A DNA stretch of 61,779 bases, filler included, from Nitrospinota bacterium (lineage in GTDB: Bacteria > JAUXIQ01), in the NCBI GenBank assembly GCA_030620925.1. It is 7 parts of 7 records of this genome, joined end to end, with 100 filler letters (N's around TTAATTAATTAA, not from the genome) between each part and the next. Parts side by side here need not be neighbours in the genome. Positions count along the whole stretch, not along the records: positions 39,285 to 50,831 come from JAUXIQ010000025.1; 6 more parts are not named here. The stretch is one strand, 5' to 3'. Of the stretch, positions 42,518 to 50,931 are shown piece by piece. The notes under the pieces were generated by a model, which ran no database searches, was not told the DNA's origin, and saw only the letters and a program-made list of their open reading frames with translations. Numbering within the stretch: the stretch's first letter is position 1; every line of letters begins with the position of its first letter. The position numbers and the translations under genes are program-made.

Positions 42518-42548
42518 AAAAGGGGTGGCATCCTGCCGCCCTTTTTTT
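42518..42548 (+). terminator. Intrinsic terminator
   Basis: AAAAGGGGTGGCA-TCC-TGCCGCCC followed by T7. Confidence 0.85.
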
Positions 42549-42849
42549 CTTGAAACTGTATTGGGAAAATAGACGGTAAGTATTCGGAATGAATATAATG
42601 TCTTGACTATATGTCTGGTCAAGGGACGAGTATTTTCACGCCTCAGGAATAGACTTGCCGCAGTGTCCCCTCCAGTTAGCTATCCCCGGTTATAAAAATG
42701 CGTTTCCTCACAGGTAATATTTATCCGTCAATGAAGTAAATCGGTCGTGAATAATCTAATGTAGGTTGTAGAAACTGCCGAATAAATTTTTATACATCAT
42801 CTGATTATTGATGTTTAGGACCTACAACTTTATTTAAGGAGTAATCCTG

Positions 42850-43551
42850 ATGAATAAGGTAATGAAGGGCGGCGTAGCTTGGCGGTTGAGTGTGCTGATG
42901 GCGGTCTTTATGGTCATCGGTTTTATCGGTAACTCATGGGCTCAAGAGGCCAAAATAGACCTGGAAGCGCTTACCAATGAGACTCAAAAGATGGCTTCCG
43001 ATCCGGATAAGATGACCCTTATTTGGTGGATTCCGGAAGAATATTGGCTGGCTTCTTTTTCTCAGGACCCTTCAATATCGGACGCCCAGGCTGAGGAGCT
43101 TGTGAGTGTTCTTCGTCCCTATACGCTTATTCTTGCAGTGGACGGTAATATAGGAACAATGGGAGGCGTAACATATAAATCTGAAGAAGTCATGAGAGCC
43201 GAGATACTGCTTAAAGATGTTAAGGGCAATGCATACCGCCCTTATGGAGAAGATAAGATTACCCCTGACGCAAAAAACTTCATGGCAATAATGAAACCGA
43301 TTTTTGCGAATATATTGGGCCCCTTTGGCGAAAACATGCATTTTTTCCTCTTCCCGGCCAAAAACGGCGGTGTCGAGTACATTGCTCAAGCCAAGATGGA
43401 GGGGGGCTTCACTGTCAAAATGGGCGAAAGAGAGTTCAAGTGGAGATTGCCTTTAGGCTCGGTTCTGCCGCCGAAAATATGTCCGGTAGATGGTGAAAAG
43501 TTGAACGGCTCATGGAGATACTGCCCGTGGCACGGGGTAAAACTGGACTAG
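42850..43551 (+). CDS. Hypothetical exported protein with C-terminal Cys/His zinc-ribbon-like motif
   Basis: AAGGAG SD, signal peptide ending SWA-QE, and CPVDG...CPWHG. Confidence 0.7.
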   Translation: MNKVMKGGVAWRLSVLMAVFMVIGFIGNSWAQEAKIDLEALTNETQKMASDPDKMTLIWWIPEEYWLASFSQDPSISDAQAEELVSVLRPYTLILAVDGNIGTMGGVTYKSEEVMRAEILLKDVKGNAYRPYGEDKITPDAKNFMAIMKPIFANILGPFGENMHFFLFPAKNGGVEYIAQAKMEGGFTVKMGEREFKWRLPLGSVLPPKICPVDGEKLNGSWRYCPWHGVKLD

Positions 43552-43614
43552 CAGGGCGTGGATAAATATAGAGTACTGCCCTAAGAGATTTAACTTTATT
43601 ATGAGAGTATTAAT

Positions 43615-44175
43615 ATGAAAACCGTTGAATTCACCAACGAGCAAACGAAAGCTACAGTCTCATCCCGAGCTGAGAGTGTGCAATTTTCCAACGCACAGTC
43701 CGTGTGGAAATTTGTTCTACTTGCGGTATTGACTTTCGGCGTATATGAGATCATCTGGTTCAACCGTAATTGGAGGCAGCTAAAGGCGCACAAGAATTTG
43801 GATATCAGACCGGGCTGGAGGACAGTGGGTCTTTTTGTACCCTTTTATGGACTCGTTTTAATCTACCGGCAACTCAGTGATATAAGAGAATTCTCAAAGG
43901 AAGTAGGACTCGAGAAACTTTTTTCTCCGGGGTCGACTCTCCTTTTTTGGATGATTTTTACAGCCGCTTGGAAAGCCCCCGATCCCTATTGGCTTATAAG
44001 TAATCTTTCCGTGGTGCCACTGGTGGTCGTTCAAGGGGTATTAAATTCTTATTGGAAAAATGAACAGACGGGCCGGGCTGAGAGGAAAGGGTTTTCCGGG
44101 GGACAAATTGCATTATTGGTTATAGGCGCGATAGCTTGGGTTCTGGTACTTATCGGAATGTTTGTGTCGGAATGA
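43615..44175 (+). CDS. Hypothetical membrane protein (DUF4234-like)
   Basis: LTFGVYEIIWF..NW motif and about five hydrophobic segments. Confidence 0.65.
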   Translation: MKTVEFTNEQTKATVSSRAESVQFSNAQSVWKFVLLAVLTFGVYEIIWFNRNWRQLKAHKNLDIRPGWRTVGLFVPFYGLVLIYRQLSDIREFSKEVGLEKLFSPGSTLLFWMIFTAAWKAPDPYWLISNLSVVPLVVVQGVLNSYWKNEQTGRAERKGFSGGQIALLVIGAIAWVLVLIGMFVSE

Positions 44176-44354
44176 AAAATTCACAACATGCGAAATCATG
44201 AAACATATTACTCTATATTATCAATAACATCAGAGTAATATATTAACATATTACGTCATAAGTTCAATAACTGAATTTAATATTCACTGGCGGGAAACGC
44301 TATCCTGTACACCCCCTTGATTGGAGTAAAAACAGAAGCGACCCGGCTGGTAGA

Positions 44355-44382
44355 AAGGGGCGAGCTTTACAGCTCGCCCCTT
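44355..44382. terminator. Perfect 12-bp GC-rich hairpin, possibly a bidirectional terminator
   Basis: AAGGGGCGAGCT-TTAC-AGCTCGCCCCTT. Confidence 0.6.
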
Positions 44383-44659
44383 AATATTTTATCCGCTAAT
44401 TACCTGCTTTTAAAACCCGATTAAGGCTCACCGCACGGGACATATCCTCTGGTAGTCAATACCGGTTTGTGTAATCTTACAGACGGCAAAATTGGGGTCG
44501 TTTGGGCAAGAAAAAAAGACCTTGGTTTATCACCATAAAAACGGTCTCAATTGTAGCTTGTAACTCATTGTATATAAAAAGATATTCAGCACAGACCTTG
44601 GATTGTTGCATCTATTCTATAGAGGGGTGTATAACCAGGATTCAAGGAACTCAAAGAAA

Positions 44660-44710
44660 ATTAACCACAAAGACACTAAAAACTAAAGCTTTAGTGTTTT
44701 TGTGGTTAAT
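44660..44710. repeat. 21-bp inverted repeat (REP/MITE-like)
   Basis: ATTAACCACAAAGACACTAAA-9 nt-TTTAGTGTTTTTGTGGTTAAT, with one G-U pair. Confidence 0.7.
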
Positions 44711-44970
44711 CTACCTGTGTTAATCTGTATGCACCCTTCGCTTCGCTCGAGAGCAAGCCTGCGGTTAGTATTGGTGTATTTGTGTTGAGTTTTTTAGGCG
44801 ATTGGAGGTTGCTTAAGCAAGGGGGTGGGTAGGGGCAACCTCGCAGCAACGTTCGGTGTTGGGGGAACGCGAGGCGATCTGAAAAGAAATTTAGCGTTGA
44901 ATATACCTGTCGGATATGAGAATAATAGAACATCAAATAGGTGGGGATTTCTCGAAAAATGGGGGGGAAA

Positions 44971-45597
44971 ATGAAAATCTACGATGTCTCAGTTCCAATA
45001 CACGAGGGGATGCACGACTTCCCAGGGAACCAGCCCTATACTAGCACCCGTATTTTGAACATGGACGATGGCGCCATTGCCAACCTCACCTCTTTTACAA
45101 TGAGTGCCCACACCGGAACGCATGTAGACGCCCCGCTCCATTTCGTACGAGACGGCCGCAACATGGATGAGATGGACCTGAGCGTGTTGATAGGGCCCGC
45201 CGTGGTATACCGATTGGATTCGGAGGAGAGAATAGAGCGGGGAGACCTGGAACAACTGAACCTGAAAGGAGTTGAGCGCGTCCTGTTCAAAACGTCCAAC
45301 TCCGGCCTGTGGCGGAATGAAGGCTTTCAGACGCAGTACATTTATATAAGCGGCGAGGCGGCGCAGTATCTTGTAGATTCAGGAGTAAAACTGGTGGGGA
45401 TAGACTACCTTTCCGTTCAGCAGTACGACAGCGAGGACATATCACCGCACACTGCCCTGCTGGGAAACGAAGTGGTGTTGCTGGAAGGCATAGACCTGTC
45501 AGAAGTGCCCCCTGGCAACTACCAGTTGGTGGCCTTACCCCTGAAGCTGGTGGGAGCCGAGGGCGCGCCTGCAAGGGCGGTTCTCATAGATGAATAA
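44971..45597 (+). CDS. Cyclase family protein (kynurenine formamidase KynB-like)
   Basis: HTGTHVDAPLH, GIDYLS and GAEGAPARA. Confidence 0.9.
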   Translation: MKIYDVSVPIHEGMHDFPGNQPYTSTRILNMDDGAIANLTSFTMSAHTGTHVDAPLHFVRDGRNMDEMDLSVLIGPAVVYRLDSEERIERGDLEQLNLKGVERVLFKTSNSGLWRNEGFQTQYIYISGEAAQYLVDSGVKLVGIDYLSVQQYDSEDISPHTALLGNEVVLLEGIDLSEVPPGNYQLVALPLKLVGAEGAPARAVLIDE

Positions 45598-45609
45598 GCG
45601 CAAACAGGT

Positions 45610-45638
45610 TTTACATTTATTATGGAAAGTGTTAGAAT
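45610..45638 (+). promoter_or_regulatory. Sigma70-type promoter of the FeS-AOR-moaD operon
   Basis: TTTACA-17 bp-TAGAAT with a TGn extension. Confidence 0.55.
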
Positions 45639-45698
45639 CGGGCGCTCAATTTTAGTTATGGGTAGCGAACCTTCAAAACGCTATAGGAGCTTCAAGAC

Positions 45699-46193
45699 AT
45701 GGGAGCCAAAAAAATCTTCAGCGTGGACAGCCGGTTGTGCGTAGGGTGCAAGCAGTGCGAGTTGGTCTGCTCGCTGACCAAGACGGGCACTTTCAACCCC
45801 CATAAAGCGCGCATACGCGTCACCAGGAACCAGGTTAAAGGGAATTATGTACCTGGTATCTGTTACCACTGCAAGCAGCCGAAGTGCCAGCAGGCGTGCC
45901 CTGAGGACGCCCTGAAGCGAGACATAGAAACCGGAGCGGTGGTGCTGAACGAGTCGCTGTGCTCGGGCTGCCGCGCCTGCGTGGTGGCATGTCCCTTCGG
46001 CGCCGTCCAGGTAGACCCCGACGGCAATATCCTCAAGTGCGACCTGTGCGGCGGAGACCCCACTTGCGTTAAATACTGCTCCGAGCGGCCGGAGAACAGC
46101 AGCCCGCTAATGGCTAACCCCGAGGGGGCCAAAGCGCTTCAATACGTGGAGCCCCACCAGGTAACATATACCAGGCGCTATGCCCAGCTCTAA
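45699..46193 (+). CDS. 4x[4Fe-4S] electron-transfer subunit (AorA-like)
   Basis: CVGCKQCELVC, CYHC..PKCQQACP, CSGCRACVVACP and KCDLC...CVKYC. Confidence 0.92.
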   Translation: MGAKKIFSVDSRLCVGCKQCELVCSLTKTGTFNPHKARIRVTRNQVKGNYVPGICYHCKQPKCQQACPEDALKRDIETGAVVLNESLCSGCRACVVACPFGAVQVDPDGNILKCDLCGGDPTCVKYCSERPENSSPLMANPEGAKALQYVEPHQVTYTRRYAQL

Positions 46194-46290
46194 AAATACT
46201 TTTACGCATGATATTTCGGATTGCAACCATGATGAAAGAGAAGCATTCATGCTTGCAATCGGATCCAGTGTGGGTAATAAGGAGTAGGCG

Positions 46291-48258
46291 ATGTACGGCT
46301 ACGGCGAGATACTCAGGATAGACTTAAGCTCTGGAGACATAAGCACGGAGCCTATCCCTTCTCAGGTCATCCGCAAATATGTCGGTGGGGAGGGGATAAA
46401 CGACTGGCTCCTGTGGCAGCATTTTACGAAGGTCGATCCTAAAATCGACCCTAAAGGGCCGGACAACGTGCTCATCGCCGGTCTAGGACCGCTGGGAGGC
46501 ACCGCCACCGGTTTGGGCAGCAAGATGAAGTTCACCTTCAAGGGCCCGGCCTGGAACATGTTCGGGGACAGCGTTGCAGGAGGCACTTTTGGTACGGCCA
46601 TGCGTTATGCGGGCTACGACCACATAGTGGTAACCGGCCGGGCGGATAAACCCGTCTACATCTGGATCGATGACGACAAGGTGGAGATACGGGATGCTTC
46701 AGCCCACTGGGGTAAGGGAGTGAAGGAGGCCGTGAAGGGCATCCGCGACGAGCTTGGGGATACGGATATGTCGGTCGCCTGCATAGGACAGGCCGGCGAA
46801 AACCTGGTCTCGTACGCTTCCGTGACAGTCACCGAAGAGCGCTCTGCGGGCCGCACGGGAGCGGGGTGCGTGTTCGGCTCCAAGAACCTGAAGGCCATCG
46901 CCGCCCGGGGCAGCAAGGGCATTTCGGTTTCCGATCCAAAAGGATATTTAGAAGCGACCGATGAGATATATCACCGCCTTAAATCGGATCCCACTCACTG
47001 GGGTTTCAGGAAAAACGGCACGCTCGGGGTGGTGGGCTTTTACGACAGGATCGGCGGCAACGCTTACCGGAATAACCAGTTTTCCATGGTGCCACCGGAA
47101 AAGATCAAGGTAATGCTGGCCCGCTGGTTCGCCGATAACATGAAGACTCACGACTTTGCCTGCTCCACGGGCTGCACTATGGGCTGCTGCCAGATATGCG
47201 AAGTCAAGGGACATGAATCGCCCCTGGCAGAGCGTTACAAGGGTCTGACGGGCGAGGGCCCGGAATACTTTACGGTGGCCACCTTCGGGATGGGATGTGA
47301 TATACCCGACTATGCGGCAATCACCCATTTTCACCATGCCTGCAACGACTACGGCATGGACCTTGGGGAGATAGGAGGCGCGGTGCCCTTCCTCATGGAG
47401 CTATGGGAGAGAGGCATAATTGATGAAGAGGACACCAAACGCTGGTGCGGCGAGCCCATCCGCTTCGAATGGGGTAACGTGGAGGCGGTGGAGAAGACCA
47501 TTCAGTCAGTGGGCCTGCAAAATGATCGTCTGGGAGAGATACTGAAGGACGGTCTGGTCAAAGCGGCCCAGAATATCATGGAAGAGAAAGACGTGCCGGT
47601 GCAACAGTACGTAATCCACGGGAAGGGGGGCGCCACCTTCCACGAGGAGATAAGGTCTTTCCCCATCTGGGCCTTAAACTTCGCCGTGGCCAGCAGGGGT
47701 TGCGACCACCTCAAGGGCCTCAACATGATGGATAAGGGCTTTCGCAAGGATATCTCAAAGGCATGGTTCGGGAGCGAAAAGGCCGGAGAGGGATACACTC
47801 CTGATCTCAAGGGAAAAGCCGCGGCCCGGAGCGAGAACCACACCACGGCTATCAATATCACCGGTGTCTGCGTGTTCCGGACGGCGTTGAATCCGCTCAA
47901 TATAGATTTGGATCTCATGGCTCGCGCCTATACCGCGCTCACAGGAATCGAGCTGAATGGGGAGGAACTTTACCTGGCCGGTGAGCGGACATATAATCTG
48001 GAAAAAGCTTTCAATTCGAGGTTGGGCCTCCGCCGCGAAGACGACACCCTCTGCGACCGCTGGATGAAGGAGCCCATCAAGGAAGGGCCGGGAAAGGGCA
48101 TGAAGGCTGAGGATTGGTTCGATGATCTACTTGATGAGTATTACGAATACCACGGTTGGGATAAAAAGACCTCCCTTCAGACCCGAAAAAAGCTGGAGGC
48201 GCTGGATATGGTTGATGTCCTGGAAGTGCTGGAGAATGAAGGTGCCGCGACGGAGTAA
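46291..48258 (+). CDS. Tungsten-dependent aldehyde:ferredoxin oxidoreductase family protein
   Basis: ILRIDLS, CIGQAGEN, GRTGAGCVFGSKNLKAI, CxxGCxxGC, GPEY and SRGCDH. Confidence 0.93.
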   Translation: MYGYGEILRIDLSSGDISTEPIPSQVIRKYVGGEGINDWLLWQHFTKVDPKIDPKGPDNVLIAGLGPLGGTATGLGSKMKFTFKGPAWNMFGDSVAGGTFGTAMRYAGYDHIVVTGRADKPVYIWIDDDKVEIRDASAHWGKGVKEAVKGIRDELGDTDMSVACIGQAGENLVSYASVTVTEERSAGRTGAGCVFGSKNLKAIAARGSKGISVSDPKGYLEATDEIYHRLKSDPTHWGFRKNGTLGVVGFYDRIGGNAYRNNQFSMVPPEKIKVMLARWFADNMKTHDFACSTGCTMGCCQICEVKGHESPLAERYKGLTGEGPEYFTVATFGMGCDIPDYAAITHFHHACNDYGMDLGEIGGAVPFLMELWERGIIDEEDTKRWCGEPIRFEWGNVEAVEKTIQSVGLQNDRLGEILKDGLVKAAQNIMEEKDVPVQQYVIHGKGGATFHEEIRSFPIWALNFAVASRGCDHLKGLNMMDKGFRKDISKAWFGSEKAGEGYTPDLKGKAAARSENHTTAINITGVCVFRTALNPLNIDLDLMARAYTALTGIELNGEELYLAGERTYNLEKAFNSRLGLRREDDTLCDRWMKEPIKEGPGKGMKAEDWFDDLLDEYYEYHGWDKKTSLQTRKKLEALDMVDVLEVLENEGAATE

Positions 48259-48315
48259 AATCCAACCTTTGTTAAACAAAGCAACTTCCCAAGGCTCACG
48301 TTCAGGAGGTATGAA

Positions 48316-48588
48316 TTGGTAATCAAGGTAAGGTTCGAGGGGCCCATAAAAGACGCTGCGCGGTCCGAAGGGGAGGATATAAAACTCGAGGGTACTAACG
48401 TAGGGCAGCTTATCGGCGCCCTTGCCGACAGGTACGGCCCTCGCTTCAAGGAATTCCTGATCGATGAGGAGACCGGGGGGTACAAAGAGGGGATACTAAT
48501 ACTCTCCGGAGGACGACGAATGGACCTCGACACGGAACTGGAAGAGGGGCAGGAACTGGTCTTCATCCCCGCCATAGCGGGCGGCTAA
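48316..48588 (+). CDS. MoaD/ThiS family sulfur carrier protein
   Basis: Ubiquitin-like size, C-terminal PAIAGG and AGGAGGT SD. Confidence 0.9.
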   Translation: MVIKVRFEGPIKDAARSEGEDIKLEGTNVGQLIGALADRYGPRFKEFLIDEETGGYKEGILILSGGRRMDLDTELEEGQELVFIPAIAGG

Positions 48589-49112
48589 TCTTCTTCCTCC
48601 AGGTAGGCTATGTAGGGCAGCCCCCGATGTTTCTCGGCCATATCCAGGCCGTAACCCACCACAAATCGGTTCGGTATATCGAAGCCCACGTAATCAAGGT
48701 GCAGAGGGGTACTCCGGCGGGCCTGTTTGTTCAGCAGTACGCAGACCCTGATATCAAGAGGGTTTTCCTGGCGAAGATGGTTGGTGAGAAACTCTAAAGT
48801 GAGGCCCGTATCCGCCACGCAGTCAACGATCAGAACGTGTTTATCCCGCACCGAGCCTGAGGGTCCTGATGAGAAGCTTATCCGGCCCGAGGAGTCTGTT
48901 CCGTCACCGTAGCTGGATAGGCGCACGAAATCGCATTGGTGATCGATCTCCAGCAGGCGCATGATGTCGGCCATGAAGACCAACGCCCCCTTGAGAACTC
49001 CCAGGAGCACTACTTCCTTTCCTCGATAGTCATCGGAAATGGAGGCCGCCAACTCCCTGACCCTGGCTCTGATAGTCTCTTCGTCCAGGAGGGGGACGAT
49101 TTTCTGTTTCAT
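48585..49112 (-). CDS. hpt: Hypoxanthine phosphoribosyltransferase
   Basis: GVLKGA..FMAD, SSYG, DTGLTL and FVVGYGLD. Confidence 0.9.
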   Translation of the reverse strand: MKQKIVPLLDEETIRARVRELAASISDDYRGKEVVLLGVLKGALVFMADIMRLLEIDHQCDFVRLSSYGDGTDSSGRISFSSGPSGSVRDKHVLIVDCVADTGLTLEFLTNHLRQENPLDIRVCVLLNKQARRSTPLHLDYVGFDIPNRFVVGYGLDMAEKHRGLPYIAYLEEED

Positions 49113-49425
49113 GCAGACTTTCCTCGCCCACTCAGTATTTCTCCGGTGTTAAACGGCCCGGAGGCGAAAATTACTGCTCAGTAAACTTATTATAGCAGAC
49201 ATCGGAGCTGAACTGGTATTCCTGGCTTTAAAGTGCGGGTTCTCCCGAGGCGCCATTGAGCCGCAGTTGCGGGGAGCGGGTGGATGTGGTAGCATGAGGG
49301 CTTTCAAAACTGTGGTGGAGGGATTTGATAGTATCGCCCCTGCAATGTATATTAATGGATATTGTAATAGTCATATTTAATAATTGCGAAGTTGAGCCTT
49401 TGGGAAAAAAGTAGAGGATTCAGTT

Positions 49426-50604
49426 ATGGGCAAGAGCTATCAGGAAATGCTTAAGGAGATTAAGGAGCAGATCAAAGAGGTCACCATAGAGCAGGTGAAC
49501 GAGATGCTCAACAACGGTGATCGGGTCGTCCTCCTCGACGTGCGCGAGAAGGACGAATGGCGTGAGGGCTATATAGAGGGGGCCGTAAACGTCACCCGCG
49601 GCATGCTGGAGATGCAGATAGAGCGGTCTCTCACCGATAAAGCCGCCAAAGTTATCTGCTACTGCGCGGGGGGCGTGCGCTCGGCTTTCACGGCCAAAGT
49701 CATGATGGAGTTGGGCTACGAGGACGTGTCTTCCATGGCCGGGGGTTTTAACGCCTGGAAACAGGCGCGTTACAATTTTGTAAAAGACAGGATGCTGAGT
49801 TCTGACCAGTTGAGCCGATACAGCCGCCACTTCATGCTTCCCCAGCTGGGAGAGAAGGGGCAGGGCAAGCTCCTGGACGCTAAGGTGATTATGGTGGGCG
49901 CAGGCGGACTCGGTTCCCCCGCGGGCCTGTACCTGGCCGCTGCGGGAGTTGGCACTATGGGTATTGTCGATTCCGACGTGGTGGACGTCACTAACCTTCA
50001 GCGGCAGGTGCTGCATAAGACGGCCGACGTGGGCAGGCCCAAGACGGAATCGGCCAAAGAGACCATCAACGCCATCAATCCCGACGTCGAAGTAATCACC
50101 TATCAGGAGAAGCTCACATCCGAAAACGTAATGGACATCATTGAGGACTACGACGTGGTGGTTGACGGATGCGACAACTTCCCCACCCGTTATCTGGTAA
50201 ACGACGCCTGCGTCCTGGCCGGCAAACCCAACGTCCACGGCAGTATTTTCCAATTCGAGGGTCAGGCCACAGTGCTGTCGTCAGGCGAGGGACCCTGTTA
50301 CCGCTGCCTCTATCCTGAGCCGCCTCCTCCGGGCATGGTCCCCAGCTGACAGGATGCCGGAGTGCTGGGGGTCTTACCCGGCATAGTGGGCCTCATACAG
50401 GCTACCGAGGCGGTCAAACTCATCCTGGGCGTGGGGAACACGCTGGTGGGCAGGCTCCTGCTGTATGATGCCCTGGACATGAAGTTCAGAGAAGTTCGTT
50501 TAAAGAAGGACGATGGGTGCCCCATCTGCGGCGTAAGCCCCACCATAACTCACCTGATCGACTATGATGAATTCTGCGGCTTGAGCGTAAGCCAGACCAC
50601 TTGA
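49426..50604 (+). CDS. moeB: Rhodanese-MoeB/ThiF fusion adenylyltransferase, predicted selenoprotein (UGA at codon 308 read as Sec), 392 aa
   Basis: ORFs 49426-50349 and 50362-50604 are in the same frame. The junction reads [23 protein letters not shown], where the family has PSC..xGVLGVLPG. Also present: rhodanese YCAGGVRS, RYSRH, GAGGLG, NLQRQ, CYRC and CPIC. Confidence 0.88.
50350..50388 (+). promoter_or_regulatory. Candidate bacterial SECIS element
   Basis: ATGCCGG (50354-50360) pairs with CCGGCAT (50378-50384), with a G-rich apex about 17-21 nt after the UGA. Confidence 0.65.
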
Positions 50605-50688
50605 TTCTGAAACGGAATTCCGGGGGACGTGCCTGATATCAGATGTTGAGGCGTGTCCCCCATTTTTTAATCCGAAGGGGGAACGACC

Positions 50689-50831
50689 ATGATAAAGCGG
50701 GTATTCGCATTCAAGTATGCGGAGGGGCAACCGGTGGACGAGATGGAGGATTGGTACCTGGATCAGCACACCCAGCTTGCCAAGAAGATGCCGGGCATAG
50801 TGCGCTACGTTACCTACAAGGCTATCCCCCA
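50689..50831 (+). CDS. EthD-like (dimeric alpha-beta barrel) protein, 3' truncated
   Basis: WYLDQH..LAKKMPGIVRY pattern and AAGGGGG SD. Confidence 0.65.
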
Positions 50832-50931
50832 NNNNNNNNNNNNNNNNNNNNNNNNNNNNNNNNNNNNNNNNNNNNTTAATTAATTAANNNNNNNNNNNNN
50901 NNNNNNNNNNNNNNNNNNNNNNNNNNNNNNN
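50832..50931. other. Artificial contig linker
   Basis: N44-TTAATTAATTAA-N44. Confidence 0.98.

Noticed and set aside
44250-44280. Possible dif (XerCD) site
   Set aside because: The left arm ends in CATAA, but the XerD arm TTATGTTAAAT is not matched.
42550-44400. Integron cassette array for the two AT-rich genes
   Set aside because: No convincing RYYYAAC...GTTRRRY attC structures and no integrase.
45598-45698. Moco/Wco riboswitch or ModE box before the AOR operon
   Set aside because: The leader is short and has no recognisable consensus.
50362-50604. Separate 80-aa ORF, or a moeB pseudogene call
   Set aside because: It is the in-frame C-terminus of MoeB. The TGA falls exactly on the conserved Cys and is followed by a hairpin, which favours Sec recoding.
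2732-50931. Six identical TTAATTAATTAA motifs flanked by N runs
   Set aside because: These are artificial contig-joining spacers, not a biological repeat. ORFs ending in them are truncations and cross-gap synteny is meaningless.
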